Origin: Acinetobacter phage nACB2 | DNA: 64,000 nucleotides | Sequence record: OQ032512.1 | Strand: one strand, 5' to 3' | In this document: positions 8,177 to 16,863 of the stretch, in pieces | Layout: every line of letters starts with the position of its first letter | Numbering within the stretch: the stretch's first letter is position 1 | Position numbers and translations under genes: made by a program | Notes under the pieces: model-generated | Database searches by the model: none | Told to the model about the DNA's origin: nothing | What the model saw: only the letters and a program-made list of their open reading frames with translations

Positions 8177-10750
8177 TTGAGGAATACAATGCAACTTCAC
8201 GACACAGATCAAACCGTTTCAGTATCAGGCGGTACAGCTATTCAGATGACAATGGACGCCAACTCGGCTATTGGCTTTTCTCTTTCTATTGACAAATTGT
8301 ACGTTCATAAAATTGAGTCAGTGATTCGAGAAATTTGCTCCAACGCTCGTGACTCCCACGTAGAAGCTGGAAAAGCGGATGTGCCGTTTGAAATTTACCT
8401 TCCGTCTGAAATTTCTCCGTACCTTGTTATTAAAGATCAAGGTACAGGTTTGAATGAAGCTGATGCTATCAAATATCTGTCTCAGTTGTATTCTTCCTCT
8501 AAGCAAAATACAAACAAAGCAGTGGGCGCTTATGGCATCGGAGCCAAATCCCCTTTTGCTATCTCAGATTCATATAACATTGAATGTATCAAAGATGGTG
8601 TGAAGTGTTCATTCCAGTTCTTCCGTTCTGGGCGCAGCCTACCACAGTTAATGCTTTTAGATAAGTCTACGACAGATGAACCAAACGGCGTAGCTTTCCG
8701 TATTCACGTACGCGATCTTCAACGCAAGAAATATGAAGATGCTCTGAAGACTCAGATGTTCATGTTCGAGCCTAAACCTAATATTGACGGTGCAGCATGG
8801 CCATATGATAGACCTTCGTTGACTCTAGAGCGCGGAAATGTTCGAGCGTACAGAGCTGAAGATCAGCGTGAATTCTTCGGCGCTTTTGCTCTGGAAATGG
8901 GTGGCGTGACGTATCCATTCAAACCAGATTCTGTAAATCCTGAGTGCGAACAGTTATTCAAAGCTATTCAACAGACGCTAGGTTATAATGAAATTGTTGT
9001 GATTAGTGTTCCTATTGGTAGTGTAGAAGTACCAGGAGACCGCGAGCGCGTAGAATATAGCGACTTCACAATTGAAAATCTAGTGAAGGAGTTGCATAGT
9101 GTAGGGGATGCGTTTACTAAAGACAAGACAGAAGAATACTTGAAAAACTTTTCTGAAGTCAAAAACTTTCTTGAGGCAACAAGATTAGCCGCAGACTTTT
9201 CCGGAGAGATGAAGTATATGCTTCCGTTTGTGAGAAATACAAACGGCATGGAAAATTACAAAGAATGGACTATGTATGAGAAGCCTATCATCAACGAAAA
9301 GGGTGAAGTGGTAAATGTGACAATGCGTTTTGCCCCTTATAATACAGAACGTAGCGACTTTCACTGGACTTTCTCTGCGCCATTTTTTGAAGATACGCAT
9401 GTAGTGCAAACGACAGACGAGAAGGGGCAGAAAGTAGATAAGGTTGTTAAGAATTACAATCCAAAATATTCTTTTTCAAAAGCTTCCGTAGCGTATAATA
9501 GCACAAAGGTTGTTTTGGATCAATATGAGCATATAAAAATTTGGTCTTCAGGACAAGCATCGCGTTTCGACAACATGACTGTAATATTAGTTGATACAAA
9601 TTCTAAACCAGTTGCTAAGACAATAGAACTCTGGTTAGCAGAACCTACTACAACTGTATCTAATCGTAATATATACGTTGTTCGTTGCGCTGACAAGAGT
9701 TATGATTTTTCTGAGTTTGAATACATTCTTTCAGAATCTTTACCTGTAAACGTGAATATTGTGCGTTTATCTGAGCTGAAGTACACTAAGGCAGCAACAG
9801 ATAAAGTAAGCAACGCTGCTGGTTTTAGACGTATGCCAGCTGTTCTTGATTTGTTTGTACCAGAAACTAGGAAAACTCGCTTTGATACAAAGCCGTCTCA
9901 AATTAAGATGTCCGAACTTCAAGAACACTTCAAGGCTTATGATGAAGACAATTTGGATGAATCTCAATTCTTCGCATACGGTTATTTTGACGTTGACACA
10001 AACACAATATATTCAGATCCTGAACATAAGCAAAAGGTGGACATGAAAGCCCTTTCTATCATGACCACGGCTAGATACTTCGGAAAGTCAATTCTGTTGA
10101 TGTCTAAAACAGCAGCTAAGAAATACGGAGAAATTATCTCTGAGACAGGTATTCCTAATATTTCGGAGTTGTCGGACGCTGATAAGTGGTTCAAAACTTT
10201 AAGTTTAGAATGTAAATCCATTTGGATGTTCATATTGCGTTATCAATCGGTAACTATGAATAGCACAGCTCGCGAAAATCTAAACTATTTGGATGATTAT
10301 TTCTACAAAGTAGCTGAAGAAATATTTGATGTCTATAATCCTAAAGAATATCGTTACAACTGCGAACTAAGATTCCAAAATTTCGTTAATGCCATTCACG
10401 GTATAAGTTATAACAGCACTAACATTCGCAAAAAGTTTTTCAAAGACGATACTGAAGACCTACAGCATTTCAAAGACGCTATTTCTGTATTGTTCTATGC
10501 AAAACATTATCCTAAATCTCAAATTGGACGCAAGATAAACAATATCTTTAGAAACATACAAGGGGGGTACGTTGAAGAACGTGCAAAATCATTAGTGGAA
10601 AAGACTAAGAAAAATAATTCTGTACCAGAATCCTTTACTGAGTTTTTAGTTTATACGGCTCTGAATACTTTATCAGAATCGGATGCATTGAAAGCTGCAA
10701 TACGTTTTGAGAAACAAAGAACTATCTTTGATTTTAGTTTCCAAAATTGA
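8177..10750 (+). CDS. GHKL-superfamily ATPase, MORC/HATPase_c_3-like (857 aa)
   Basis: N-box ESVIREICSNARD (ExxxNxxD). G1 box VIKDQGTGL. G2 box GAYGIGAKS (the GxYGxGxKS form typical of MORC-type GHKL). No Toprim or GyrB transducer motifs in the about 650-aa C-terminal part. Confidence 0.6.
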   Translation: MRNTMQLHDTDQTVSVSGGTAIQMTMDANSAIGFSLSIDKLYVHKIESVIREICSNARDSHVEAGKADVPFEIYLPSEISPYLVIKDQGTGLNEADAIKYLSQLYSSSKQNTNKAVGAYGIGAKSPFAISDSYNIECIKDGVKCSFQFFRSGRSLPQLMLLDKSTTDEPNGVAFRIHVRDLQRKKYEDALKTQMFMFEPKPNIDGAAWPYDRPSLTLERGNVRAYRAEDQREFFGAFALEMGGVTYPFKPDSVNPECEQLFKAIQQTLGYNEIVVISVPIGSVEVPGDRERVEYSDFTIENLVKELHSVGDAFTKDKTEEYLKNFSEVKNFLEATRLAADFSGEMKYMLPFVRNTNGMENYKEWTMYEKPIINEKGEVVNVTMRFAPYNTERSDFHWTFSAPFFEDTHVVQTTDEKGQKVDKVVKNYNPKYSFSKASVAYNSTKVVLDQYEHIKIWSSGQASRFDNMTVILVDTNSKPVAKTIELWLAEPTTTVSNRNIYVVRCADKSYDFSEFEYILSESLPVNVNIVRLSELKYTKAATDKVSNAAGFRRMPAVLDLFVPETRKTRFDTKPSQIKMSELQEHFKAYDEDNLDESQFFAYGYFDVDTNTIYSDPEHKQKVDMKALSIMTTARYFGKSILLMSKTAAKKYGEIISETGIPNISELSDADKWFKTLSLECKSIWMFILRYQSVTMNSTARENLNYLDDYFYKVAEEIFDVYNPKEYRYNCELRFQNFVNAIHGISYNSTNIRKKFFKDDTEDLQHFKDAISVLFYAKHYPKSQIGRKINNIFRNIQGGYVEERAKSLVEKTKKNNSVPESFTEFLVYTALNTLSESDALKAAIRFEKQRTIFDFSFQN

Positions 10751-10765
10751 TTTTTAACTTAAATT

Positions 10766-10793
10766 GGAACTGACTCTATAATAGGTCAGTTCC
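10766..10793 (+). promoter_or_regulatory. Hairpin with TCTATAATAG loop just upstream of the 10811 gene RBS
   Basis: Stem GGAACTGAC/GTCAGTTCC (9 bp), loop TCTATAATAG. TTAACT lies 17 nt upstream of the TATAAT. No T-run follows; AGGAGAAGCCCAATG follows instead. Confidence 0.5.
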
Positions 10794-10810
10794 CAACTAG
10801 GAGAAGCCCA

Positions 10811-11935
10811 ATGGCTGTCAAATACACAGATGCACAAAAGAAAGATTACGCTATCAAAGCATGTAAAATCATCAAATCTGGTGGTTCTATTAACTCAGCT
10901 GCTAAAGAATTGGGTATTGCGAACCGTACTATCAAAAGCTGGATCGAGCAATACGCCCCTGCTGAAGCTACTGATAAAGACGGTAAAGAAGTTGAAGTCG
11001 AAACGACTCGAAAAGCGAAAGCAAAGCGCCAACCAGCAGCGAGCACCACTCGACGCAAAAAAGCAGGTGGAAGTAAAACCACTAAACCGAAACAGCAGAA
11101 AGCTACTACAGCAGAAGTTGGAACGGAAGCGCAAACTACAGGATCGGTGGAGCTGAAAGTTATCACTCTTCCAAACAGTACTGTAATCGCAATTGCTTCT
11201 CAAAGCCATGAAGTGAAAAAAGATCACCCTCGTTTCAACCAAATCAACATATTCTTGAGCAAAGTGGTTGATAATGTTATTACAGAAGATCAAGCCAAAG
11301 AACTTGAAAACCTAATTGAAGGCGAACAGGTTACTCAGCTGAAGACTTGGTCGCAGGGTAAACTTTCTATTGACAACGGCGTTGTGCGTTGGGATGGTAA
11401 ACCTCTTGTTGGCGGTCTGAAAGAAGTTATGTTGCGTCTGGCGGCTTCTGGAGATACGAAACGCCTCAAAAACTTCTCTGCTTTCATTGAGAAGGTGCGT
11501 CAGTGTGTATCTTATAAAGTCAACCAACGCTTCTTTGACTTTATCTCAAAGAACAGCCTTCAGATCACTGAAGATGGTGATATTATTGCATTCAAAGTAG
11601 TTCGTCATGACTATAAAGATAAACACTCTGGCACATTTGACAATAGCGTAGGCAAAACAGTCCAGATGCCTCGAAACGAAGTGGATGACCAAGACACAAA
11701 TACTTGTTCTAATGGTCTACACATTTGCTCTGAATCCTACATTAAGTCATTCAGCAGCTCTAATGACCGCCTAGTGTTAGTGAAAGTAGATCCACGCGAT
11801 ATCGTGTCTATCCCAACAGACTACAATTCGTCAAAGTGCCGAACATGCCGTTACACTGTAGTGAAAGACGTTACTGATGAATGGAAAGCTGGAAAGCATA
11901 TCCAATACACAGACGACTATAAGTTCAAAGCGTAA
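10811..11935 (+). CDS. HTH DNA-binding protein with a Lys/Ala/Thr-rich linker
   Basis: N-terminal helix-turn-helix (SINSAAKELGIANRTIKSWIEQY). H1-like basic low-complexity linker. C-terminal Cys-containing domain of unknown family. Confidence 0.55.
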   Translation: MAVKYTDAQKKDYAIKACKIIKSGGSINSAAKELGIANRTIKSWIEQYAPAEATDKDGKEVEVETTRKAKAKRQPAASTTRRKKAGGSKTTKPKQQKATTAEVGTEAQTTGSVELKVITLPNSTVIAIASQSHEVKKDHPRFNQINIFLSKVVDNVITEDQAKELENLIEGEQVTQLKTWSQGKLSIDNGVVRWDGKPLVGGLKEVMLRLAASGDTKRLKNFSAFIEKVRQCVSYKVNQRFFDFISKNSLQITEDGDIIAFKVVRHDYKDKHSGTFDNSVGKTVQMPRNEVDDQDTNTCSNGLHICSESYIKSFSSSNDRLVLVKVDPRDIVSIPTDYNSSKCRTCRYTVVKDVTDEWKAGKHIQYTDDYKFKA

Positions 11936-11972
11936 TGGTTTCGGGGGAGAAATCCCCCACTTTGGTGAAATG

Positions 11973-12353
11973 GATATGACAATCTTTTATATTGACTTAA
12001 AACAACGAATAGATGGCTGCTACGGCGCTTCTAATCTGAAACACGAAATACAACAGCGCGTTGAAGCTGGATACATCGTGCATTTAGACCTTAGCAATCT
12101 AACTAAAATACCTCAGTTAGACTTTTTTGAAGAAGGTATTTCTGAAATTATTACTGATGGTATGCCTTTAGAAAAATTGAAAGCGCATCTGAAGTTTAAA
12201 TGTTCTGAATCTGATCTTTTGAAGATTGTTGAATTATTGAAACAAGCAGAAAAGTCTAGATTCAATGCGCTGCGAAACAAAGATGTTTTGGGGCACTTAA
12301 AAGACACAATCAAAGGGTTCGGAAACAACCCAGTAGTATCACGGGGGCAGTGA
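11973..12353 (+). CDS. hypothetical protein (start moved to an internal ATG after a hairpin)
   Basis: The listed ORF starts at 11877, inside the previous gene. A GGGGGA/TCCCCC hairpin lies at 11942-11958, then GGTGAAATGG with the ATG at 11973. Confidence 0.4.
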   Translation, partial: DMTIFYIDLKQRIDGCYGASNLKHEIQQRVEAGYIVHLDLSNLTKIPQLDFFEEGISEIITDGMPLEKLKAHLKFKCSESDLLKIVELLKQAEKSRFNALRNKDVLGHLKDTIKGFGNNPVVSRGQ

Positions 12354-12772
12354 TGAAGTTTTATGTCGGTAGTGTAAAAATGGAACATGATGGTAAAAAC
12401 ATCTTTCTCACAACCGAGATAAAGCCCTCAGATGTTGAAGGTGTGAGTCCTTTATTAGATTGTGTAGCAAATCTAGACATCTGGGAATCTGATGATGTTG
12501 TAGAGTTGACATCAGCTATATGGTCTAAAAACGGTCTTTTACCATTTGATGTTATGTTTTTAACAAATTTCAGCGATGAAATAGTTTCTTATGAAGGTGA
12601 TGTTGATGTCATGTATATCAATATTCTAGACTTCAGATTGGCGCTAGTGAAGTTTGATGACTTCAATAGCTTATTCGTAGAGCGTAAACAGCTCAAACAA
12701 TTTGTGAATGCCCTAACAACTAACAGACAGGGTCGTTACACTCAACATGGGAGAAAGGCGCAATGCGCTTAA
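12350..12772 (+). CDS. hypothetical protein
   Basis: 140-aa ORF with overlapping stop and start. Confidence 0.45.
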   Translation: MMKFYVGSVKMEHDGKNIFLTTEIKPSDVEGVSPLLDCVANLDIWESDDVVELTSAIWSKNGLLPFDVMFLTNFSDEIVSYEGDVDVMYINILDFRLALVKFDDFNSLFVERKQLKQFVNALTTNRQGRYTQHGRKAQCA

Positions 12773-13575
12773 ATTTAAATCAGTATGGTATTTTACCTAA
12801 AATTGCTGCTATTGTTATTGCTATTATTGTGGGGTTGATTTTCTTATCATCTCTGTTCTTCACTGTACCAACAGGTCATAAAGGTATTGTAACTCAATTC
12901 AATGAATTGCATACGGTGAAAGACTCAGGCTTGAACTTCAAAATGCCATTTATACAAAAGGTGATCTTGGTAGACACGCGTACTGCTAAGGCTGAAACAG
13001 CTATTCAAGCAAACACGCGTGACATGCAACGCGTGTCGTCAAAAGTTGTAGTGAACTATCATATTAATCCGTCTAGTATTGAAAAATTGTTCAGTCAGAC
13101 AGGTTTGGACATTGAAACAAAGATCATCGATCCGCGTATCCAAGAAGCAACTAAATCCGTTGTGACAAAATATACAGCCGATCAATTGACAAAACAACGC
13201 GATGACGTGAAGAATGCTTTGTCTGTTGACTTAACAACGCGCCTTGCAAAGTACGGTATTGTAGTTGAAGACGTTCAGGTCACTGAATTCACTTTCTCCA
13301 AAGTTTTCTATGACTCAATCGAATCTAAGCAGATTGCTGAACAAAGTGCATTGAAGGCTGAAAATGACCTCAAGCGTATCGAAGTAGAAGCGAAACAAAA
13401 GATTGAAATGGCAAAGGCTGAAGCCGAAGCTATTCGCATTCAATCTGAAGCTGTTCGAGCTCAGGGTGGTACTGAATATGTACAGTTGAAAGCTATTGAA
13501 AAGTGGTCTGGTAAACTTCCTGAAACTGTAGTTGGCGGCAACGGCGCTCTTCCATTCATCAATGTAGGTAAATGA
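12763..13575 (+). CDS. SPFH/band-7 (prohibitin/HflKC-like) membrane protein
   Basis: N-terminal transmembrane helix, then a band-7 core (TVPTGHKGIVTQFN ... TRDMQRV ... YHINP). C-terminal Ala/Glu-rich coiled coil. Confidence 0.7.
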   Translation: MRLNLNQYGILPKIAAIVIAIIVGLIFLSSLFFTVPTGHKGIVTQFNELHTVKDSGLNFKMPFIQKVILVDTRTAKAETAIQANTRDMQRVSSKVVVNYHINPSSIEKLFSQTGLDIETKIIDPRIQEATKSVVTKYTADQLTKQRDDVKNALSVDLTTRLAKYGIVVEDVQVTEFTFSKVFYDSIESKQIAEQSALKAENDLKRIEVEAKQKIEMAKAEAEAIRIQSEAVRAQGGTEYVQLKAIEKWSGKLPETVVGGNGALPFINVGK

Positions 13576-13994
13576 TCATGAAAAAGTATTATGGTACAAA
13601 AGTATTAACAGCTGTTTCAATGACATTAGGTGCGTATAATCACACTCGTGGTTGGAATCTACCACCCAATGAAGATCCTGAAACAGAAGGTTATTTGGTT
13701 TGTTACCCAGACCAAAAACCAAATGTTGAAGGTTTTGATGGTTACGTTTCTTGGTCACCTAAAGATGTATTTGAAAAAACCTATAAAGAATTACCTGAGC
13801 GCGCATTGCCTCATCAAGAACGAGTGGATGTTGAACGCGCTCAGTTGAATGAACGCGCTGAAGGTCTTGAGTCATTCATTGGTTCAAGCGCATTCTTTGC
13901 CTTACCTCAGATTGAGCAAAAAAGTCTCACTGAACAACTTGAAGCCATGGTGTGGTACCGTGACATTTTAGATCAGCGGATCTCGCGTTTCTAA
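13572..13994 (+). CDS. hypothetical protein
   Basis: 140-aa ORF. A terminator follows. Confidence 0.45.
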   Translation: MIMKKYYGTKVLTAVSMTLGAYNHTRGWNLPPNEDPETEGYLVCYPDQKPNVEGFDGYVSWSPKDVFEKTYKELPERALPHQERVDVERAQLNERAEGLESFIGSSAFFALPQIEQKSLTEQLEAMVWYRDILDQRISRF

Positions 13995-14005
13995 AATACA
14001 GTCTT

Positions 14006-14040
14006 TGGAAAAGGAGCTTTATAGCTCCTTTTTCTTTTTA
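14006..14040 (+). terminator. rho-independent terminator
   Basis: AAGGAGCT-TTAT-AGCTCCTT hairpin followed by TTTTCTTTTT. Confidence 0.65.
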
Positions 14041-14225
14041 CATTAATACCTTTATGATAACTTAATGGAAGACATTATGCCAATGATATACTTGGTGTAC
14101 TGCGTAACATTTGTTATAGTAGCTGGTTACGCAAATGACAAACTCATTCACCCTAGCGTGTTTGTGCCTTTATCCTTGGCTGCTTCTTTAGTAGCTTCTT
14201 TAATAGCATTCTGTTTAGGAGTAAG

Positions 14226-14690
14226 ATGATGAATGAGCAAGAACGTATAAAATCAGATCAATCTTTTGATAGCGAGAGAATAGAGCTGACTAAAAAGTTG
14301 ATAGATGATCTATCATTTTTAGATTATTACAAAAAAGCCTACGTGAAGAGTGAAAGAGAAAGAATCACGGTGTATCTACCAGCTCATACTCCATTCTTGA
14401 ATGATGTATTGAATAGAAGCACTCTAGCTGTATCTCTTCAACACGACCTATTCTTGAAATATGAACTAGCTTTAACAGATTCAGCTGAAGTTCTACCAAT
14501 AAATACCGACCTTTTCCTTGGTAATAGCATGGTTCGTAACCGTATACAAGGGGTAGTGGTACCAATGATTGGAGTTTCGTTAAAAAGGGAAGCAGACGTA
14601 TTTGAAACAGTCACTTCCCTCATTATGTTTCAAAAGCATATAATGTCTACGCTTGAGAAACACTACTTTCCGATTGCAGGTTGCGAATGA
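14226..14690 (+). CDS. hypothetical protein
   Basis: 154-aa ORF. Confidence 0.45.
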   Translation: MMNEQERIKSDQSFDSERIELTKKLIDDLSFLDYYKKAYVKSERERITVYLPAHTPFLNDVLNRSTLAVSLQHDLFLKYELALTDSAEVLPINTDLFLGNSMVRNRIQGVVVPMIGVSLKREADVFETVTSLIMFQKHIMSTLEKHYFPIAGCE

Positions 14691-14949
14691 AGGCTTGTCT
14701 AGCCTTCTTCAATTCTCTGATCTTCTCGTAGGTTTGGTCATCGCAAGTCATAGCGCGTTCTACCTCTTCCAATGTATCGCAAACTAGAGCAATACCTGAA
14801 GGGAATGTAGAAATAACGTCTCCATTTTGTTCCACCTCTACTCTCATACCGTTGAAAGATGCGATGCGTCCAACGTTCCCAAAAGATTTATCAGCCTGAA
14901 GCGATATCATAACCGCAATGCGCCCTACTTCAATATTATTGTCGATCAT
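14647..14949 (-). CDS. hypothetical protein; the only - strand gene in the + strand early block
   Basis: 100-aa ORF with protein-like composition. Convergent with 14226..14690; the 3' ends overlap by 44 nt. Confidence 0.4.
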   Translation of the reverse strand: MIDNNIEVGRIAVMISLQADKSFGNVGRIASFNGMRVEVEQNGDVISTFPSGIALVCDTLEEVERAMTCDDQTYEKIRELKKARQAFIRNLQSESSVSQA

Positions 14950-15023
14950 ATCAATTCTCTTTGATTTTTATCCCAAACCGTAATATATAGTATAATTCTC
15001 TGAACTACAACGGAGACCATACA

Positions 15024-15578
15024 ATGAATCTCGAAAATTTGCGCAACCTTATCCTTTCAATGGCAGACGTGTCAACGCGTATTGTAAATCACGTAGAACA
15101 CGGCTTAGACTCAACCCTATTGAGTCAAGGTTTGTTTCGAGTTTTTACAGCTAACTACGAAACTCAAGTGCGCCTTCCACACTCTCACAAATACGATTTT
15201 GCTTGTCTAGTGCTCAAAGGCTCTGTATTGAATCGCTTGTATACGCCTATTGAAAATAGCAAATACAAAGAAAATAACGAGCTTCACGCTGAGTATTGCG
15301 TGACTATTCAAACTGGACAGTTGGGCGACTATAAGTTCAATAGACGTCAACGCCAAGCGTTTCAGATTTCTGAAAAACTTCATACTGAAGGTGAATGGTA
15401 TCAAATGAACTCAGAAGACATCCACACCATTCGCTTCAGTAAAGGCGCAGTTGTATTGTTTATTGAAGGACCTGCTAAAACCGATCATGTTGAAGTTCTA
15501 TTTCCGTATGCATCTAATGGTCGAGCGTACAATCCGCTAGACGACAGCAAAACATTTCTTACAGGCGACAAAGTTTAA
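15024..15578 (+). CDS. hypothetical protein
   Basis: 184-aa ORF. Upstream TATAGTATAAT and ACAACGGAGA RBS context. Confidence 0.5.
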   Translation: MNLENLRNLILSMADVSTRIVNHVEHGLDSTLLSQGLFRVFTANYETQVRLPHSHKYDFACLVLKGSVLNRLYTPIENSKYKENNELHAEYCVTIQTGQLGDYKFNRRQRQAFQISEKLHTEGEWYQMNSEDIHTIRFSKGAVVLFIEGPAKTDHVEVLFPYASNGRAYNPLDDSKTFLTGDKV

Positions 15579-15865
15579 TGAAAATAACAGATATAGGTCT
15601 AATGGCTGAAGCTTTGCGCGTTCCTATTGAATATATTCATATTATGCGCCAATCTGGTCTAGAATTTGAAGTCGTTATGGAACTGAATATTGAATCTTAT
15701 AGCGGTTCAATGACTCAAATGAAACCGCCTGTATCTGTTTCAGTAGGAAAATCTGGACTACGCTATGACCCAATTACAGGAGGTACTGTAAAAGTGTTCG
15801 AAGCGTATAACATCGAAATTATTAAGAATCTCATTAAGACATCAATGGAGAACAAAAATGTCTGA
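15578..15865 (+). CDS. hypothetical protein
   Basis: 95-aa ORF with ATGA overlap. Confidence 0.4.
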   Translation: MKITDIGLMAEALRVPIEYIHIMRQSGLEFEVVMELNIESYSGSMTQMKPPVSVSVGKSGLRYDPITGGTVKVFEAYNIEIIKNLIKTSMENKNV

Positions 15866-16175
15866 CGTTAAAAATGTAAACGAAACCAACCTTGTAAGCG
15901 TGGCTGTAAAGGTAGATGAGGCTTCAATTAAGGCTTCAACTGACTCGATTGTTCGTATTCTGGATGCGGCTGCGAAAAATCACACCAATGATAAAGTCAC
16001 TCTGAAAGCCCTAGACGCGTTCAAAGCGTCAGCCACAATTGAACACTGTCATTTCAATGGCTTCTCTATTGTAAATGACAACTCGCGCCGTACTGAAGTG
16101 AACGTTCAAGGCGATCCAAATGACGTAGACGCGGATGTCAATGGCGTGAAAGTGGATGGTCAACTAAATGGCTAA
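15858..16175 (+). CDS. hypothetical protein
   Basis: 105-aa ORF. Confidence 0.4.
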   Translation: MSDVKNVNETNLVSVAVKVDEASIKASTDSIVRILDAAAKNHTNDKVTLKALDAFKASATIEHCHFNGFSIVNDNSRRTEVNVQGDPNDVDADVNGVKVDGQLNG

Positions 16176-16430
16176 TGAATTTATCGGGTTCAAGATTCTT
16201 AGCGCGTCTAATATTACAATATCTTATTGTAACGTTGACGGCGGTTATAGACCAAAGAATCATAAGGTTGCTGTTCGGGTAACGAAAGATAAATTGATTT
16301 TAAGCCGTTAATTTGTCTTGACTATATAATACTGTTCATGTCAAGGCTCAGCCTAACTTGAACTTGGGTAGCTACATTTGACAAAGGGCTTGTCCTCCTT
16401 CCTCAACCCCAAGAGGAGAATGGACAGACT

Positions 16431-16507
16431 ATAACGTAATAACAATTGTTGCCCACTAAGTGAATGGGTCATGGAGTGGGTTATTCCCAATAGTTGTTAT
16501 TACGTTG
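16431..16507 (+). ncRNA. Candidate structured small RNA upstream of the tRNA cluster
   Basis: Long imperfect inverted repeat CGTAATAACAATTG ... CAAT(AG)TTGTTATTACG enclosing an inner CCCACT/AGTGGG stem. No coding potential. By analogy, the T4 tRNA region also encodes small stable RNAs. Confidence 0.35.
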
Positions 16508-16516
16508 TAGTTTGAA

Positions 16517-16593
16517 GCGCCTGTAGCTCAGTTGGATAGAGCATCCGCCTTCTAAGCGGATGGTCACAGGTTCGAGTCCTGTTAGGCGCGCCA
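16517..16593 (+). tRNA. tRNA-Arg (anticodon TCT)
   Basis: Cloverleaf folded by hand. Acceptor GCGCCTG/TAGGCGC (one G-U pair), D stem GCTC/GAGC, anticodon loop CTTCTAA, T arm ACAGG-TTCGAGT-CCTGT, encoded CCA. Confidence 0.85.
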
Positions 16594-16708
16594 CTTTCAA
16601 ACTCCAGAATGCGAGGACAACAGTATCACCCAGAACACGGCGGTGGTTGCGTTATTAGCATGGACAACGCGGCAGTCGGTAAAAGCCGTGGGCGTAGCAA
16701 TACGCTCT

Positions 16709-16784
16709 AGCCTAGTAGCTCAGTTGGTAGAGCAGCGGATTGTTAATCCGTTGGTCACAGGTTCGAACCCTGTCTAGGCAGCCA
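16709..16784 (+). tRNA. tRNA-Asn (anticodon GTT)
   Basis: D stem GCTC/GAGC, anticodon loop TTGTTAA, T arm ACAGG-TTCGAAC-CCTGT, encoded CCA. The first acceptor pair is an A-A mismatch. Confidence 0.75.
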
Positions 16785-16786
16785 TT

Positions 16787-16863
16787 GGGACTTTAGCTCA
16801 GAAGGTCAGAGCATCCGACTCATAATCGGGCGGTCACTGGTTCGAAACCAGTAAGTCCCACCA
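16787..16863 (+). tRNA. tRNA-Met (anticodon CAT; could be an Ile/lysidine type)
   Basis: Acceptor GGGACTT/AAGTCCC, anticodon loop CTCATAA, T arm ACTGG-TTCGAAA-CCAGT, encoded CCA. Starts 2 nt after the previous tRNA. Confidence 0.8.

Noticed and set aside
8177-10750. Reading the GHKL protein as T4 gp39/GyrB-type topoisomerase II
   Set aside because: The G2 box is GxYGxGxKS (MORC/HATPase_c_3 style), not GLHGVG. There is no QTK transducer loop and no Toprim E...DxD motif. No gp52 or gp60 partner is nearby.
10830-11293. Three overlapping ORFs (10830..11156 +, 10846..11166 -, 10895..11293 -) within the HTH-protein gene
   Set aside because: They arise from the low-complexity Lys/Ala/Thr-coding repeat. 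Their translations are homopolymer-like (SSS, FFF, CC). They are frame artefacts.
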